Source of the DNA: Sphagnum compactum
Lineage: Eukaryota
Length of the DNA stretch: 64,000 bases
Assembly (NCBI GenBank): GCA_965153455.1
Contig: OZ234494.1
Coordinates: 3,410,001 to 3,474,000 of the forward strand
Direction of reading: 5' to 3'
The notes under the pieces are model-generated. The model was not told the DNA's origin and did no database searches. It saw nothing but the letters and a program-made list of their open reading frames with translations. A program made the position numbers and the translations under genes. Positions within the stretch are counted from its first letter, which is position 1; each line of letters starts with the position of its first letter. Below, piece by piece: positions 1 to 11,274 of the stretch.

Positions 1-1312
1 TTATCAAACAAGCTTATTATAACCTTTACCATAGGACACTAGAGCATGCCATTGATGCGGACACTAGTGGCAACTATCGAAAGGTGAGGTCATGTTACTC
101 AAGTTATCATGCCACTTTTGTTTTGAATTTTGTAGTGAACCTTGGACTTGTCTATCACTTGGAAGTAGGCAGGAAAGTTGAACTACAGCTTCTGGTTTGT
201 CATTTGAGGAGGGATCTTTCAATTTTTTTCCTGTCATGCCAGTGGCTGGCAGGTGTAATAATTTTTGTGTGAACTATTCTAGCTAATCTGAGAGAGAATG
301 ATAGTCGCAGTTGTATCTCTAACTACCAGAAATTATGTTTACAGCTCCTATTGGAAATTGTCAAAGGCAACCGTTCAGAAAGCTTGGGGGTAGACCGACA
401 ACTAGCACTAGCTGACGCCCATGCACTATACAAGGCGGGTGAGGGCCGATGGGGCACAAATGAAGACACTTTCATTCATATTTTGGCAACTCGTAGTGCT
501 GCCCACCTGACCACTGTGTCACAATACTACCTGCAAACATTTGGGCACTCACTTGAGAAGGTGAGTTTCACAAGTTCTCCTAGTGTAAGTTCACAACAGC
601 ATGAGGATTCTAGCCACTTTTGCTGTTCCAAAACTAAAAAGCATTTTGTCTTGAATATGTGCAGGCAATCAAGAAAGAAACATCGGGACATTTCGAGGAT
701 GCATTACTGGCTGTTGTGCAATCCACTTGCTACCCTGCAAAATTTTTTGCCCAGGTACTGGCTTCTTCTACTCAAAAGGTGGATGATGTTAGCACATCAG
801 TTTGACACATGTCAAGAGAGAAGGAGATATATCCAGGATTATGGTTTGAGTCATTCTAGAAAAACCCAAGGGTGAATGAGTTCATAAGCTGACATGACAT
901 CTAGTATAAGCACAATTCCTTGTCGCCAGTTACTTCATCTATTTCTGATAATTAGAGGGTGTAAAGAAAGTTTGGGGTGTTCCACATACCTTTGCTGGTT
1001 TTCAAGGTCTTCCTTGCAGTCTCATAATTCGTGTGTTCTCACCTAGGCAATTTCTGAAGCATCAGCTATTCAGTGGCTTTTGATCATTAACTCTTGCATT
1101 TGGTGTTGCAGGAGCTCTACCGATCAATGAAGGGTCTAGGAACAGACAACAGCTCATTAATCCGGGTTGTAACTACTCGAGCAGAAATTGACATGCAGTA
1201 TATAAAGGCTGAATTTGCAAATATGTACAACAAGACCCTGGAGCATATGGTTGCTGGTGATACATCTGGGAATTACAGGCAATTCCTTCTTACCCTTGTG
1301 GGTGGTGCTTAG
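1..1312 (+). CDS. ANN: Annexin, 3' part (5' exons lie upstream of the window). Exons <1-83, 345-560, 665-754, 1112-1312
   Basis: Spliced translation IKQAYYNLYHRTLEHAIDADTSGNYRK|LLLEIVKG...GEGRWGTNEDTFIHILATRS...HSLEK|AIKKETSGHFEDALLAVV...FFAQ|ELYRSMKGLGTDNSSLIRVVTTRAEIDM...GDTSGNYRQFLLTLVGGA*. Annexin repeats, with GxGT and the downstream Asp intact in repeat 4. All introns GT-AG. Confidence 0.95.
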
Positions 1313-2049
1313 TTTACAAACACAGGGCACCTGTTGCAAATGCTGCTTGTAAAATTGTTTCTCTAACACATTTTCACAAAATTGACAACCCCAGTGGAAT
1401 ATCAGGAATTGATCACCAGTATCCAACTGGATGATAGTGTATTATTCTGTGTCGATCACAGGTTCATCAGGCACATATTTTAGTGCAGTTCTGCTTTTAG
1501 GGAAAGAACAATACTGGGTTTGCTTTCTCCATCTTTTGATGGAAGAACAAAATAAGAGCTTAGGATTATAATGAGAAATCTAAGGTCACTGAATGCCAAG
1601 ATTATTTTTTAGAAATGTCCTTGGGCTTAGTTGCTTCCATGGCATAGTGTGGTGGTTGTAGTATGAGGGAACAAAGAATTGCAGGTACCTATTGTAATCC
1701 TGGTATAGCCATTGGGACATGGTTGGAAAGGCTATGTATATACACACTTCAGCAATTCAGGTAATAACTTGTGTCGGACCTCGATATGTTCATTTGGACA
1801 CACCAGCATGTTCTGAGTATGACATATATTTTAATTGATTAAAATTAGAAAAGATGGGTCTTGATAACTTCATTTTTCCTCATATTGAATACTAGATTGT
1901 TATCAATTATGAGGTTTGCAGGAGTATGTATGTATTGATAGTGCACTTTGAGTTTTGGTGGTTACTTAGCAAAATGGGTTGGGTATGTTCCAAGCTTTCA
2001 TGCTACCAAAGACTGCTCCACTGTAGAAAAATAAATGCAGTAATTGCCA

Positions 2050-3250
2050 TTGTGGGTCTTCAACATTTGACAATTTTCTCCATGAACGTCATTGAGGCAA
2101 TTGCAATTCCCCAATTACATCATTATGGGAAAGTTAACAAGAAGAATACATTAAAAAGCCCTTTCATTCTCAACAAATTAATTCTCGAAATGCCATTTGA
2201 GATTTCATAACCATCCTTCATGACAATCTTGATGCTATGATTGGTTGTTAGGTTGCAAGTTACAACTTTATACCGTTCAACCTCCTTTTTGTTAGTGACT
2301 TATAACTTAGTGTAGGTATCCACCTTGGGCTCTCATTGGCCCAGTGATTCCATAACCCTTCATTGCTTGGATGAAAATTTCACAGTCAATCTTTGCATGA
2401 AATGATGGCATCTTAATTCTCATGAAAGATGGTTAGGTCTACAACTAATCCAATTGCATAAGTTTAAGGCACATTTTGGATCAACATGCTCCAAGTTTAT
2501 TATTAAAAGCTATCATGGCCTATCATAATTGTTTCATGATAGAACAAACCCCTCCACATTCACTTTTGATTTTATACAATGATGTTCCCTTATTGCATTA
2601 TTGCATTCCACCAAAAATACAACACCTTATTGCTCCCATTTGCATCACTCATGAATCCCACTACATATCAACTACTCCCATTTAAGATTTTGGTAAGAAA
2701 CTTGTAAAGCTTCAATTTCCACCTTTCTTCAAAAATTCAGACAAGAGAAGAAAACCCTTATATAAAGTTTTGCAATAGTATGAACAAAAGAATTCCCTCA
2801 TGCATATGCCCCAATTTATTACGTTCAGGTTATGTTGCTCACAAAAATAGATCTCACTTCCCATTCATTCCTAAATCTTAGAAAATAGAAACCAAAGTAA
2901 TTTCAAGCACACAAAACTTGAGGTTCTGAAACAATTTCAAACTAGCTCTCAAACTCCCAAGAGATTCTCATCATTTTCTCAAATGTGCTTCTATTGTGAA
3001 ACATTTAATCAACAAACAAACTTTCATTTAAAATTAATAGAGAATTTTTGAAAAATTTCAAACCTAAACACAAGGTTATGCCAAGAGCCTTCATCTCATC
3101 AACATCATACACTAAAAAAAAAAATTGCAAAAATATGTGGTTAGCTTCCAAAAAAACATGCCTCAAAAAGTATCCACTTCTCATTAAATCCTCTTTGCCA
3201 CATCCTAGTAACCTCCACATGATAATTTGCATTCAACAAACATCACACAC
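2050..3250 (-). mobile_element. Possible highly decayed MULE/SWIM-type transposase remnant
   Basis: Minus-strand fragment NCNCLNDVHGENC (about 2070-2108) resembles a SWIM CxC...C motif, and FLVYDVDEMKAL (about 3085-3120) resembles a catalytic-Asp segment. Many stops and no ends found. Confidence 0.2.
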
Positions 3251-6200
3251 CCAAAGGTAGAAAACCTATTTTATGAAATGTACACTAACAAATTCAAAAA
3301 ATAGCACCAACATTCCACCATCACAAACTCCTTATCGAAGAACAACATACAAAACGAAACATCACCTAGAGCAAACAATGAACATAGTCTAATACAAAGA
3401 AAACAATAATGTGGATAAACTCGATCAAATCCCTCTACTTCACATGATCACCAACCATGGTCGAAATTTTTGGCACTTTCTACATTTGTCATCACCCATT
3501 AAGTTAAACCTTCATCCCCCATCCATTCAATAGATTCTAGACGCAATTTGATGCCACACTAGGATTTAGGACCCTCGAACCTAAAGACCTTAAATCCTAT
3601 CTAAACCTAAGACCTTAGCTCCTACCGAACGCTGTAAGTTGGAACCTATTAAAAAAACCCTGAAGACTTGCCGGGTCTTGGTCCATGTGCACCCACCAGA
3701 TCTGGTTCTTAGACTTGGATCCATAACCATTTCTAATTTTGAGCTTACTAGTACGTGGGTGGCAATTATAAAAGTTTCTCTCCATGAATTTGAAGGAAGT
3801 TCATCAATTCTCTTGAGGCCGCAAATTGTTACTGACTGTGTGTTGAAGACGCTAATTATCATCTGTGCTCCTCCAGTTGGATCTTGAATTGAACTCCCCA
3901 TTCCTATCACATTGGAGTTGTCATCGAGGATTTTGCTGGTTTCAAGCAGTGTGACTTAAATGCATCTGAACACAAGAACAGCCATGGTTCGCCATAGCTC
4001 AGGTGCAGAAAGCTCTGAACACACACACACACACACTTCAGAATTTACCTATGAGAGAGAGAACTCTGTCTATTTTATCTTCAGGGCGCCCTGTAATTGA
4101 AGAGAAAAGCTTCGACTATTAAATCAAATACAGCGTAGAGAGATTGCAGAGAGATTCAAGATGGTTTTCTTGTTTCTTTCAAATCCGGTACCATTTTTTG
4201 TTTTAATGCTTCACATCACAACAGACGGTGCAGCAACCCTGTGTGATGAATCATGAGAGAGACCCAATTGCAGTTTTGCTGCCAGAGTTTTAGTTGGGTT
4301 TTGACCATTACAACAGAGAAAACAACAACAACAAATTTTGTCTGGATCCCACCCACCCAGCATGTCCTCTATTCCATTTTCTGACAAAAACCCTAATTCT
4401 CATCAAACTCTCTCATCAATGCAAAGCAGGTCAGCAAAACATGAGCAAAAAAAGAAAAAAAAAGATGGGCTGGCCACCATCCACAAGAGGTCTTAGCCAA
4501 ATTTGGGTACAGAGGTGAGAGAGGTAAGTAATAATGCTGGGAAACTTGCTATTTTATGGCTACAAATTATTCAGAACTAATATGTAAATATGGCGATTTG
4601 AAAACATTTTGCTATAAACCAAATATGAAGTACAAATCTTTAATGATTCTTCTATATTTCGGCTACACACTGTTTAGGGTTTTCCCACAGTTTTCTCAAA
4701 ACTAATAGCCATAAAGCTGAATCTTTTGTGGGTTCATTTCCACTCATGCTAAATCTCTTGGGAGATAATTGCCACCCATGCCATTTTGCAAATGAAAAAA
4801 AAAAAAAAAAAAAAACAAGGCTGGTTGGGTATATTGATTTTAGTATATCAGTTGGACACAAAATTTCAAACAATATATAAGTTGATATGAACTTTAGTAA
4901 ATTTCCAAACCACGTAAGAGTACGGGTGTAAAGGCCTTGCAAAATTATGAATTCAAGTAAAGGCAAATGATGAAGATTTTACCTTATTAACAATGGTAGG
5001 GGCAAATATTTCATCATTTACCTTATACATACCATGTGGGTATAATTGCATAAACATAGGGTTAAAAAATATTTACACAAGTATGGCATAATGTTTCTAA
5101 TTGATGAAAGACAATGACTTGGACAAATGGCGTTGCAAACATAAAAAATTGTGAAAAATTTCAACAATCTTATTTTAAAAACACACACGGAGGCACAATT
5201 TGATCAAATCAATCAATAGTGTTAAAAAATATTTTCAATACAATAATATAATCTTCAAAAATCCTCAAAAAGAAACCAAAATCCTTCAAGTTATTATTAT
5301 AACTCTATTATAACTAATATCTCAAGTTTCAACACAAGCCAAAATATCATCTTTCAAAAGTCCTCATATAAAAATAGACCTATTATTACCGAGGGGCCAA
5401 AATCCCTTAAGCTACTATCATACTCTATAATGAAACACACTAAACACAATATCCTTGCCTTGGTAGGCAAGGCCAACAAACGTCCAACTTTCTTTGAAAG
5501 TAGGATGCCAGCCGAATTTCCCTAAGCTTTGCAATCATCTTCACTTTTGTTTTGGTCCCCAATTTGAGTAAAAAAATTAGGGCAACTGAACTCCAGTTTC
5601 ATGGACTTTAGGGGATAACTTCAATATCCTTGAGATTCAGATGCAAAAAACTCATGTTATTGTTATTTACTAATTTTTTGAGTAGCTGATGATTCTGACA
5701 AGAGCTGGGCAGGAGTGGGCTTCGATTCAAATTGCTTGCACATCCTGCAAATCCTTCAGTATGATTAAAAATCACTGGAAGAATGCACAATGGAATGTGA
5801 AGTTGTTGAAGTTTGTTGGACAGCTTCAGCAATCCATTTGACTGGTCTTTCTGACATTGTTGTGATCTTCATGTCTCTGAACACTTTGCTGCAGTTGCTG
5901 TCTTTTGGAGCAGTGGAGCAGATGAGGTTTGGGGAGAAATTTTTTGCAATTTTCTCGCCAAATTTCAACCTGAAAAATGTGATTAGGAATCGTAGAAAGG
6001 ATTTTTCAAGGAAGCAATGCCCCAAATTCACCAGATTTCAAGGAAATGCCTTCAAATCTCCACATTTCTATACATGATTCAAGTAAGTAGGTAGCCAAAC
6101 ATATATAATGAGGTTTAGACTTTTCCTTTCATATTTTGTTAACAGCCTAAATTTGCTCATGGATTATCACCAACTTGGCCATGTCACAAAACTGAGGAAA

Positions 6201-7757
6201 AAAAAGAAAAGAAAAGAAAACACTGGCTCCTGTAGCTATACAAGAACACAAATGCATCATCATATTTGGTTATTTACCAAATTTGATAAACATTTTACTG
6301 AAAGATGGCCACTTTGGCGACATCACAAAACTGAAAAAGAAAAATGAAAATAAAATAAAATAAAACCACTGCAAGTTTGGTAGATCTGCCTTCCCCACCC
6401 ATTCATTCAACAGCTTGTTGTCTCTGAAATTTTAGGGAGGACTTTTGCAGCCCTTTGGATTTCAGTCCTGAACTGGTAGTTCTCTAACTTGGCATAAACA
6501 ACAAAATCTCTAGACATGTTGTCGAGGTTCTGTACATTTCAAACTTCAAAAGTCTAGTTCTAGAAACTAGTTTTAGAAAACATGTTGTCATCATGCATGC
6601 GCGAAATTACAGTTCAAAAGATGTGAATTGATGTTTTGTCCTCAAAGCTGGACTGTCATTGAAAGCATTAAGAAAAGGACAAAATATTGTCTAAAGCCGA
6701 TCTTTCATCAATGAACATGACAACTTACAAATTATGAACTCTTTCTGAATCATAAAGGTCCTTGCTTTCGATCTCTAGTACAATTAACATTACAAAGGAA
6801 TGTGGTGGGATTCTCTACACATTTCATTACCATTTGGGTGAAATTGGGACATAACAGAATGGGCACCATTTGTGTGAAATTGGGACAATAGTGTACAACT
6901 GAGACAGAATTTCAATGAATGAACAAGCCCCACCCAATTCCTTTCACTTTCAGCACTACTCCCAATTACATGAAAAAACAACGTTAGCTCAATTGATGTA
7001 GCTACCTCCCAACAGTTTGTGTTTGTGTACTCCCTAACTATCAAATTCGAGAAACACAGGATCAATGCACACACTCCTGGAACCTCAATTTGTGAATCTG
7101 AAAATTTTATGAATTCTTGTGAAGTCATGAATTTTGTGCTTGTGCCCACAATACTAGGGAAAGTAACATGTGCATGGGATATTCCACCTCTTTCACCTAG
7201 GTGTAGGCCAAAAGCTTGATAATGAATCATAAAAGTCTGTAACAACTTGAGTGACCCTAAGGTTGGGTGAAGAACTTGCAAATTGAAATCTCCGTTTTTC
7301 TCAACTCTAAGTCATCTGTTATCATCTCTATTGGTATTTGCGACCCTAAGGCTAAGTTTTTGACCCTAAGGTTGGGCAAAGAGCTAGCCAATTGAAATTC
7401 TGTGTATTTCTCATCTCTATTCTCTCATGCTTTTGCTATCAATTTCCAAGATGGTATCAAAGCAAGAAGAAGAGTGCAATTAGCTTGCATCACCAGAAGA
7501 AGAAAACAGACTGTTTTTGCAAAGCAGCAGCTTACAAGACAATTATCATTAATCAGATGAGATCAATTGAAGCTAAGAATTACGACGAGTATTGTGGGGG
7601 GGGTGGAGGGGGGAGGAGGGGACTCATGAGAGAAATGCTTCAAAGTGTACAAAGAAGTGTGCAAGGAATATTATATTCTTATGCAAGGAGTGTTATAGGG
7701 TAGTATATTATAAGGACGTTTTGGTTTTCCGTCACGAGAACCTAGGGTGGTACTAAT

Positions 7758-10022
7758 TTAGGTAGCAGGATAATGGCTGCCGAAGAGCTCGCGCCAGACT
7801 TCAGTGAAGACGTCAACAATCACAGCATGGTACTGAACCCCATTGAGACAGAGGTAGCACTGCAAAAGCTCCTCCAAGTCATTGGAGTCTCGAATGTCTT
7901 TCTCCACAATCATCTCTATCATCGACTCCTTGAAGTCATTGTAAGGATTGCATGACGTTTTCACCATTGCCACGCTCTCCTTCATCACAACTCCATTCAC
8001 GTGAGCTCCAAATCCTACTCCTCCTCCTCCTCCACGCAGCTGTTGTTGCTGCTGCTGCTGCATGAGCTGATTGTATGCACACACAGCTGCACCCATGTCA
8101 AGCTCCTCCTGATCATGTCGCGGATCCTCCATTCGACTTGCAGCTTCTTCATGATATAACTGGAGATCATCATCAGGCTTGTACTCGTAGGTCATCAGCT
8201 TTTGACCTGCAGTAATAGGAAAATATTTCTTCTGTGAGGATCTAAGATCATCCTGAACACTTTCAGCGTCTACGTAATCGAGAATACTGCTCGGAGATTG
8301 TTCATGACTAGTCTCCGCATGAGAACAAGCAGCTGGATTGTGGTGTGTTGCTGAATATAATTCCTGGTCATGCAGCTGCTGGCGAGCTGCGGACTTTCTT
8401 CGTGCGATTGTTAGAGCTTCTAAATTCGCAAGACGCTTCGCAGCCCTGCGTGCCTCCAGCAGCTTCGAGCATCCGCTTGCAGTACTCGCGTGATCAAGCT
8501 GCAGCCGGGAAGCGCCGGCGCGGATTTCTTCTTCTTCTTCTTCTTCTTCTTCGACAGCGGAATCGTCAAGGCATGAGTAATATTTGGGAGTGATCTCCCT
8601 TGGGGTCTCGACAAAAGCTGAACCTATAGCAGCGCCGAAGTCTCGGCTTCTTCTAGCATCGCTAGTTTGGAACACAGGGAAAGTATCGACCGATGATTTC
8701 CGAGACCAATCTTGTGTCTTACTCCGAGCCCCTCTTGCGCCCGAGCTCGTCATCACCAGCTTGTCGAATGATTGCTGCACCTGATTCGAGTTCCTTCTTG
8801 ACGATGGTGGAATGATCTCTAGCTCGGAGTCGAGTTCGGGGTTTGTCTGTTTGCAAACTCGACCGGATGCAACAGTCCTGATCCCTTCTCGACCCACAAA
8901 CCGTACGTCTTGAGCCGCGTGATCGAGCTCGCCTGCTGCACTCGAGGCACTGACGTCGCTGGAATCGGAAGAACTACAAGACCACCCAATTGCAACTGCT
9001 GGAATTTCCTTGGCTCCCTGCAGCTGATCAGCTTGTGAGGTCGTGAAGATGCTCAGCTGATCGTCACTGGCCGGCGGTGAAGACTGCAAGCTCCGTCGAC
9101 CTCGCAATTTTACTCCTACTGCTACAGTATCGTCGACTGCATCAAACCAGTTGCTAAGCGACCTGCACGGGGAAGTACATTCAATGCAATCGCTCGGATC
9201 TTCTCGAACTTCTGGCGTTGTTGCATGATGCTTGTCTTTCTTGGAATTCCGGCTGATCTCTTTGCGTTTCTTGAGTAAGACTTGATTCTTCACCCGCGAG
9301 GGCGCTCCATTAATGTTGGGCGCTACACGTCGCAGCGACAAATCGGGTCGGACGTTCCTTCTCGTGATCTTATATTCCCTAGACGGCCCGCCTGCCTTGA
9401 TACAACCCCATCTGTCAGCCAGGCTATGCGAAGCGAGCTGGTTTCGCGAGGCAACGAAGCAACCGATGTCATACTGCATGTCGAGACTAGGATGTCGAGT
9501 TCTGTTTTTTCTCTGGTTATGATCTCTCACTCTCGAGACAGCACCTCTACTACGCAGCTGAAATCCTGCAGTCGATGTCGAAGTATGTGCCGCCTTTGGC
9601 GTCAGTACCGCCGTCTCATCAACTTGCTTGCCGAGGAAGGATGCGAGCGACCTGTAATCACTACACCCAAATTCGATAGAAACAGGAGGAGAAGAGTTGG
9701 TCTGGTGCTGGCGGCCAATTGCCGGAGCTGCTGGGAGCTGCTTCCGCACCACCGAGGCTATTGATTTTCCTGGACTTGGAGTAGTACATGCCGGCAATAG
9801 CTGGTGCCTTGAACCCGTCGATGGTGCCGGATATGGAGTGTCAAAAACCTTGTGGTTGATATTGCAGGGGCTTCTCTTCCTCCTGCAGTGCTCCTGCTCC
9901 TGCTCCTGCTCCTGGTGCTGCTGCAGCTGGTTTGCTTCATCATCCGGGCCAACGCGCTTTGTCACTGGACGTGGTGGAAGCTGCTGCTGCTGCTGCTTGT
10001 GGCGGTTTGTAGCTGCTGCCAT
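7758..10022 (-). CDS. OFP: OVATE family protein (OFP), single exon, about 754 aa
   Basis: Long ORF from ATG 10022 (MAAATNRH). C-terminal OVATE domain ESVAMVKTSCNPYNDFKESMIEMIVEKDIRDSNDLEELLQCYLCLNGVQYHAVIVDVFTEVW, with a low-complexity Q/E/S-rich N-terminal region. Confidence 0.93.
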   Translation of the reverse strand: MAAATNRHKQQQQQLPPRPVTKRVGPDDEANQLQQHQEQEQEQEHCRRKRSPCNINHKVFDTPYPAPSTGSRHQLLPACTTPSPGKSIASVVRKQLPAAPAIGRQHQTNSSPPVSIEFGCSDYRSLASFLGKQVDETAVLTPKAAHTSTSTAGFQLRSRGAVSRVRDHNQRKNRTRHPSLDMQYDIGCFVASRNQLASHSLADRWGCIKAGGPSREYKITRRNVRPDLSLRRVAPNINGAPSRVKNQVLLKKRKEISRNSKKDKHHATTPEVREDPSDCIECTSPCRSLSNWFDAVDDTVAVGVKLRGRRSLQSSPPASDDQLSIFTTSQADQLQGAKEIPAVAIGWSCSSSDSSDVSASSAAGELDHAAQDVRFVGREGIRTVASGRVCKQTNPELDSELEIIPPSSRRNSNQVQQSFDKLVMTSSGARGARSKTQDWSRKSSVDTFPVFQTSDARRSRDFGAAIGSAFVETPREITPKYYSCLDDSAVEEEEEEEEEIRAGASRLQLDHASTASGCSKLLEARRAAKRLANLEALTIARRKSAARQQLHDQELYSATHHNPAACSHAETSHEQSPSSILDYVDAESVQDDLRSSQKKYFPITAGQKLMTYEYKPDDDLQLYHEEAASRMEDPRHDQEELDMGAAVCAYNQLMQQQQQQQLRGGGGGVGFGAHVNGVVMKESVAMVKTSCNPYNDFKESMIEMIVEKDIRDSNDLEELLQCYLCLNGVQYHAVIVDVFTEVWRELFGSHYPAT

Positions 10023-10937
10023 ATTCTCCCGCAGATTGAGAATCCATGCGGAGGGACGTAGGCGCACCTGTACAAAGAAACCCAACAATGGTTGAACATT
10101 GTAAAAAGATCTGCAACATGCTTAAAGAATACGATCTGTTGCACCAAAGTTTCCAAACTAACTTCATAAAAGACAAACAAAATGAACAACAAAGCTTCTT
10201 CACATAAACAAATCTTCTTCACATACCGTCGTCATGATCTAATATTTTCTCTGTCAATTACTTGATCAACAAGGAAGCTGTGCATGCAATGGCAACTGCC
10301 TGCTTTCTCTCCAGCACTAGTCTAGAGCTGCTTGAAATTCATATTCATATTCCACATTCACTGCTGCAGCTTTGCAACAACTTTGCAAAAGCTAGCAAGA
10401 CAAAAGGAAAACAAAACTCACATTCACATTCACATACACAACAGAAGCAGAAGCAGAAGCAGCACAAGTGCTCTCTAATCTGACTATGTATGTTTTGATT
10501 TAATTACAACAATTTTGTGGTGATTAGAAGTGTGATTAATATCTAAGCCAATTTGAAGTAGTATCTGATTTCTATAAAAGAAAAATTGTAGAGCATGTTT
10601 TAATGATATTTTCTTCCATATTTTGGTCAGTGATTTTTTGGGGGACAAAAATTTGGCGTTTCTTTTTTTTTAAACCAAATTCATTTGGGAAAATTAATAA
10701 TTTTGTTTTCTCTAGTATCAATTTTACTAGTGTTTTGCTATTTATTTTTGGGGAGAATATATAGCATCTGGGAAAATTAATTTTGCCAATTTTTTTTTAT
10801 ATTTGAGAATTGAGGGAAAATACCCCTGATCATGGGACCTCCTCCTAGTTAGTGGCCAATTTTCCCCAAGAAAAAAACCATCACTGGTACTATTAATACT
10901 GGGATGCAACAGAATTCACAAATAGATCCAACTTATA

Positions 10938-11274
10938 GGCCCATTTTAGATGGGGTCCAAGGTACAAATTCCTAAGGAACCAATTTGGACTCATTTGATG
11001 AATCCTTGAGTTGGACCCCCACCTTGGACCCTAGCTTGCATCTTGCTCCTTCAAATTGTGAGCTCTCATTTCTAGCCCCCTTTTTTTTGAGGGGAGAGGG
11101 GGTGTTGAAACCAATTGATTTTCCCTCCAAAATGGTGCCATGTAGGTTTAGCCTCAATTTGCCACTTTTTAATCTTGGACCATCGTTTGTTTGACGGTCC
11201 ATCGTGGGTCCAATTTTATGGCTCTCATCCAATAGGATTGCTCTATTTCATCGGACCCTCATCTAAACTAGCCC
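10938..11274. mobile_element. Tourist/PIF-Harbinger-like MITE upstream of OFP
   Basis: Imperfect TIRs: left GGCCCATTTTAGATGGGGTCC, reverse complement of right end GGGCTAGTTTAGATGAGGGTCC. TTA follows the right end, while the left TSD is imperfect. No credible coding sequence. Confidence 0.55.

Noticed and set aside
6790-7281. 163-aa minus-strand ORF
   Set aside because: No recognisable motif or splice structure, and it includes a short internal repeat. Likely a chance or repeat-derived ORF.
7773-10222. Antisense and alternative-frame ORFs over OFP (and similar ones over Lhcb6, PEPC and the transposase)
   Set aside because: Shadow ORFs of GC-rich coding sequence with no recognisable protein features.
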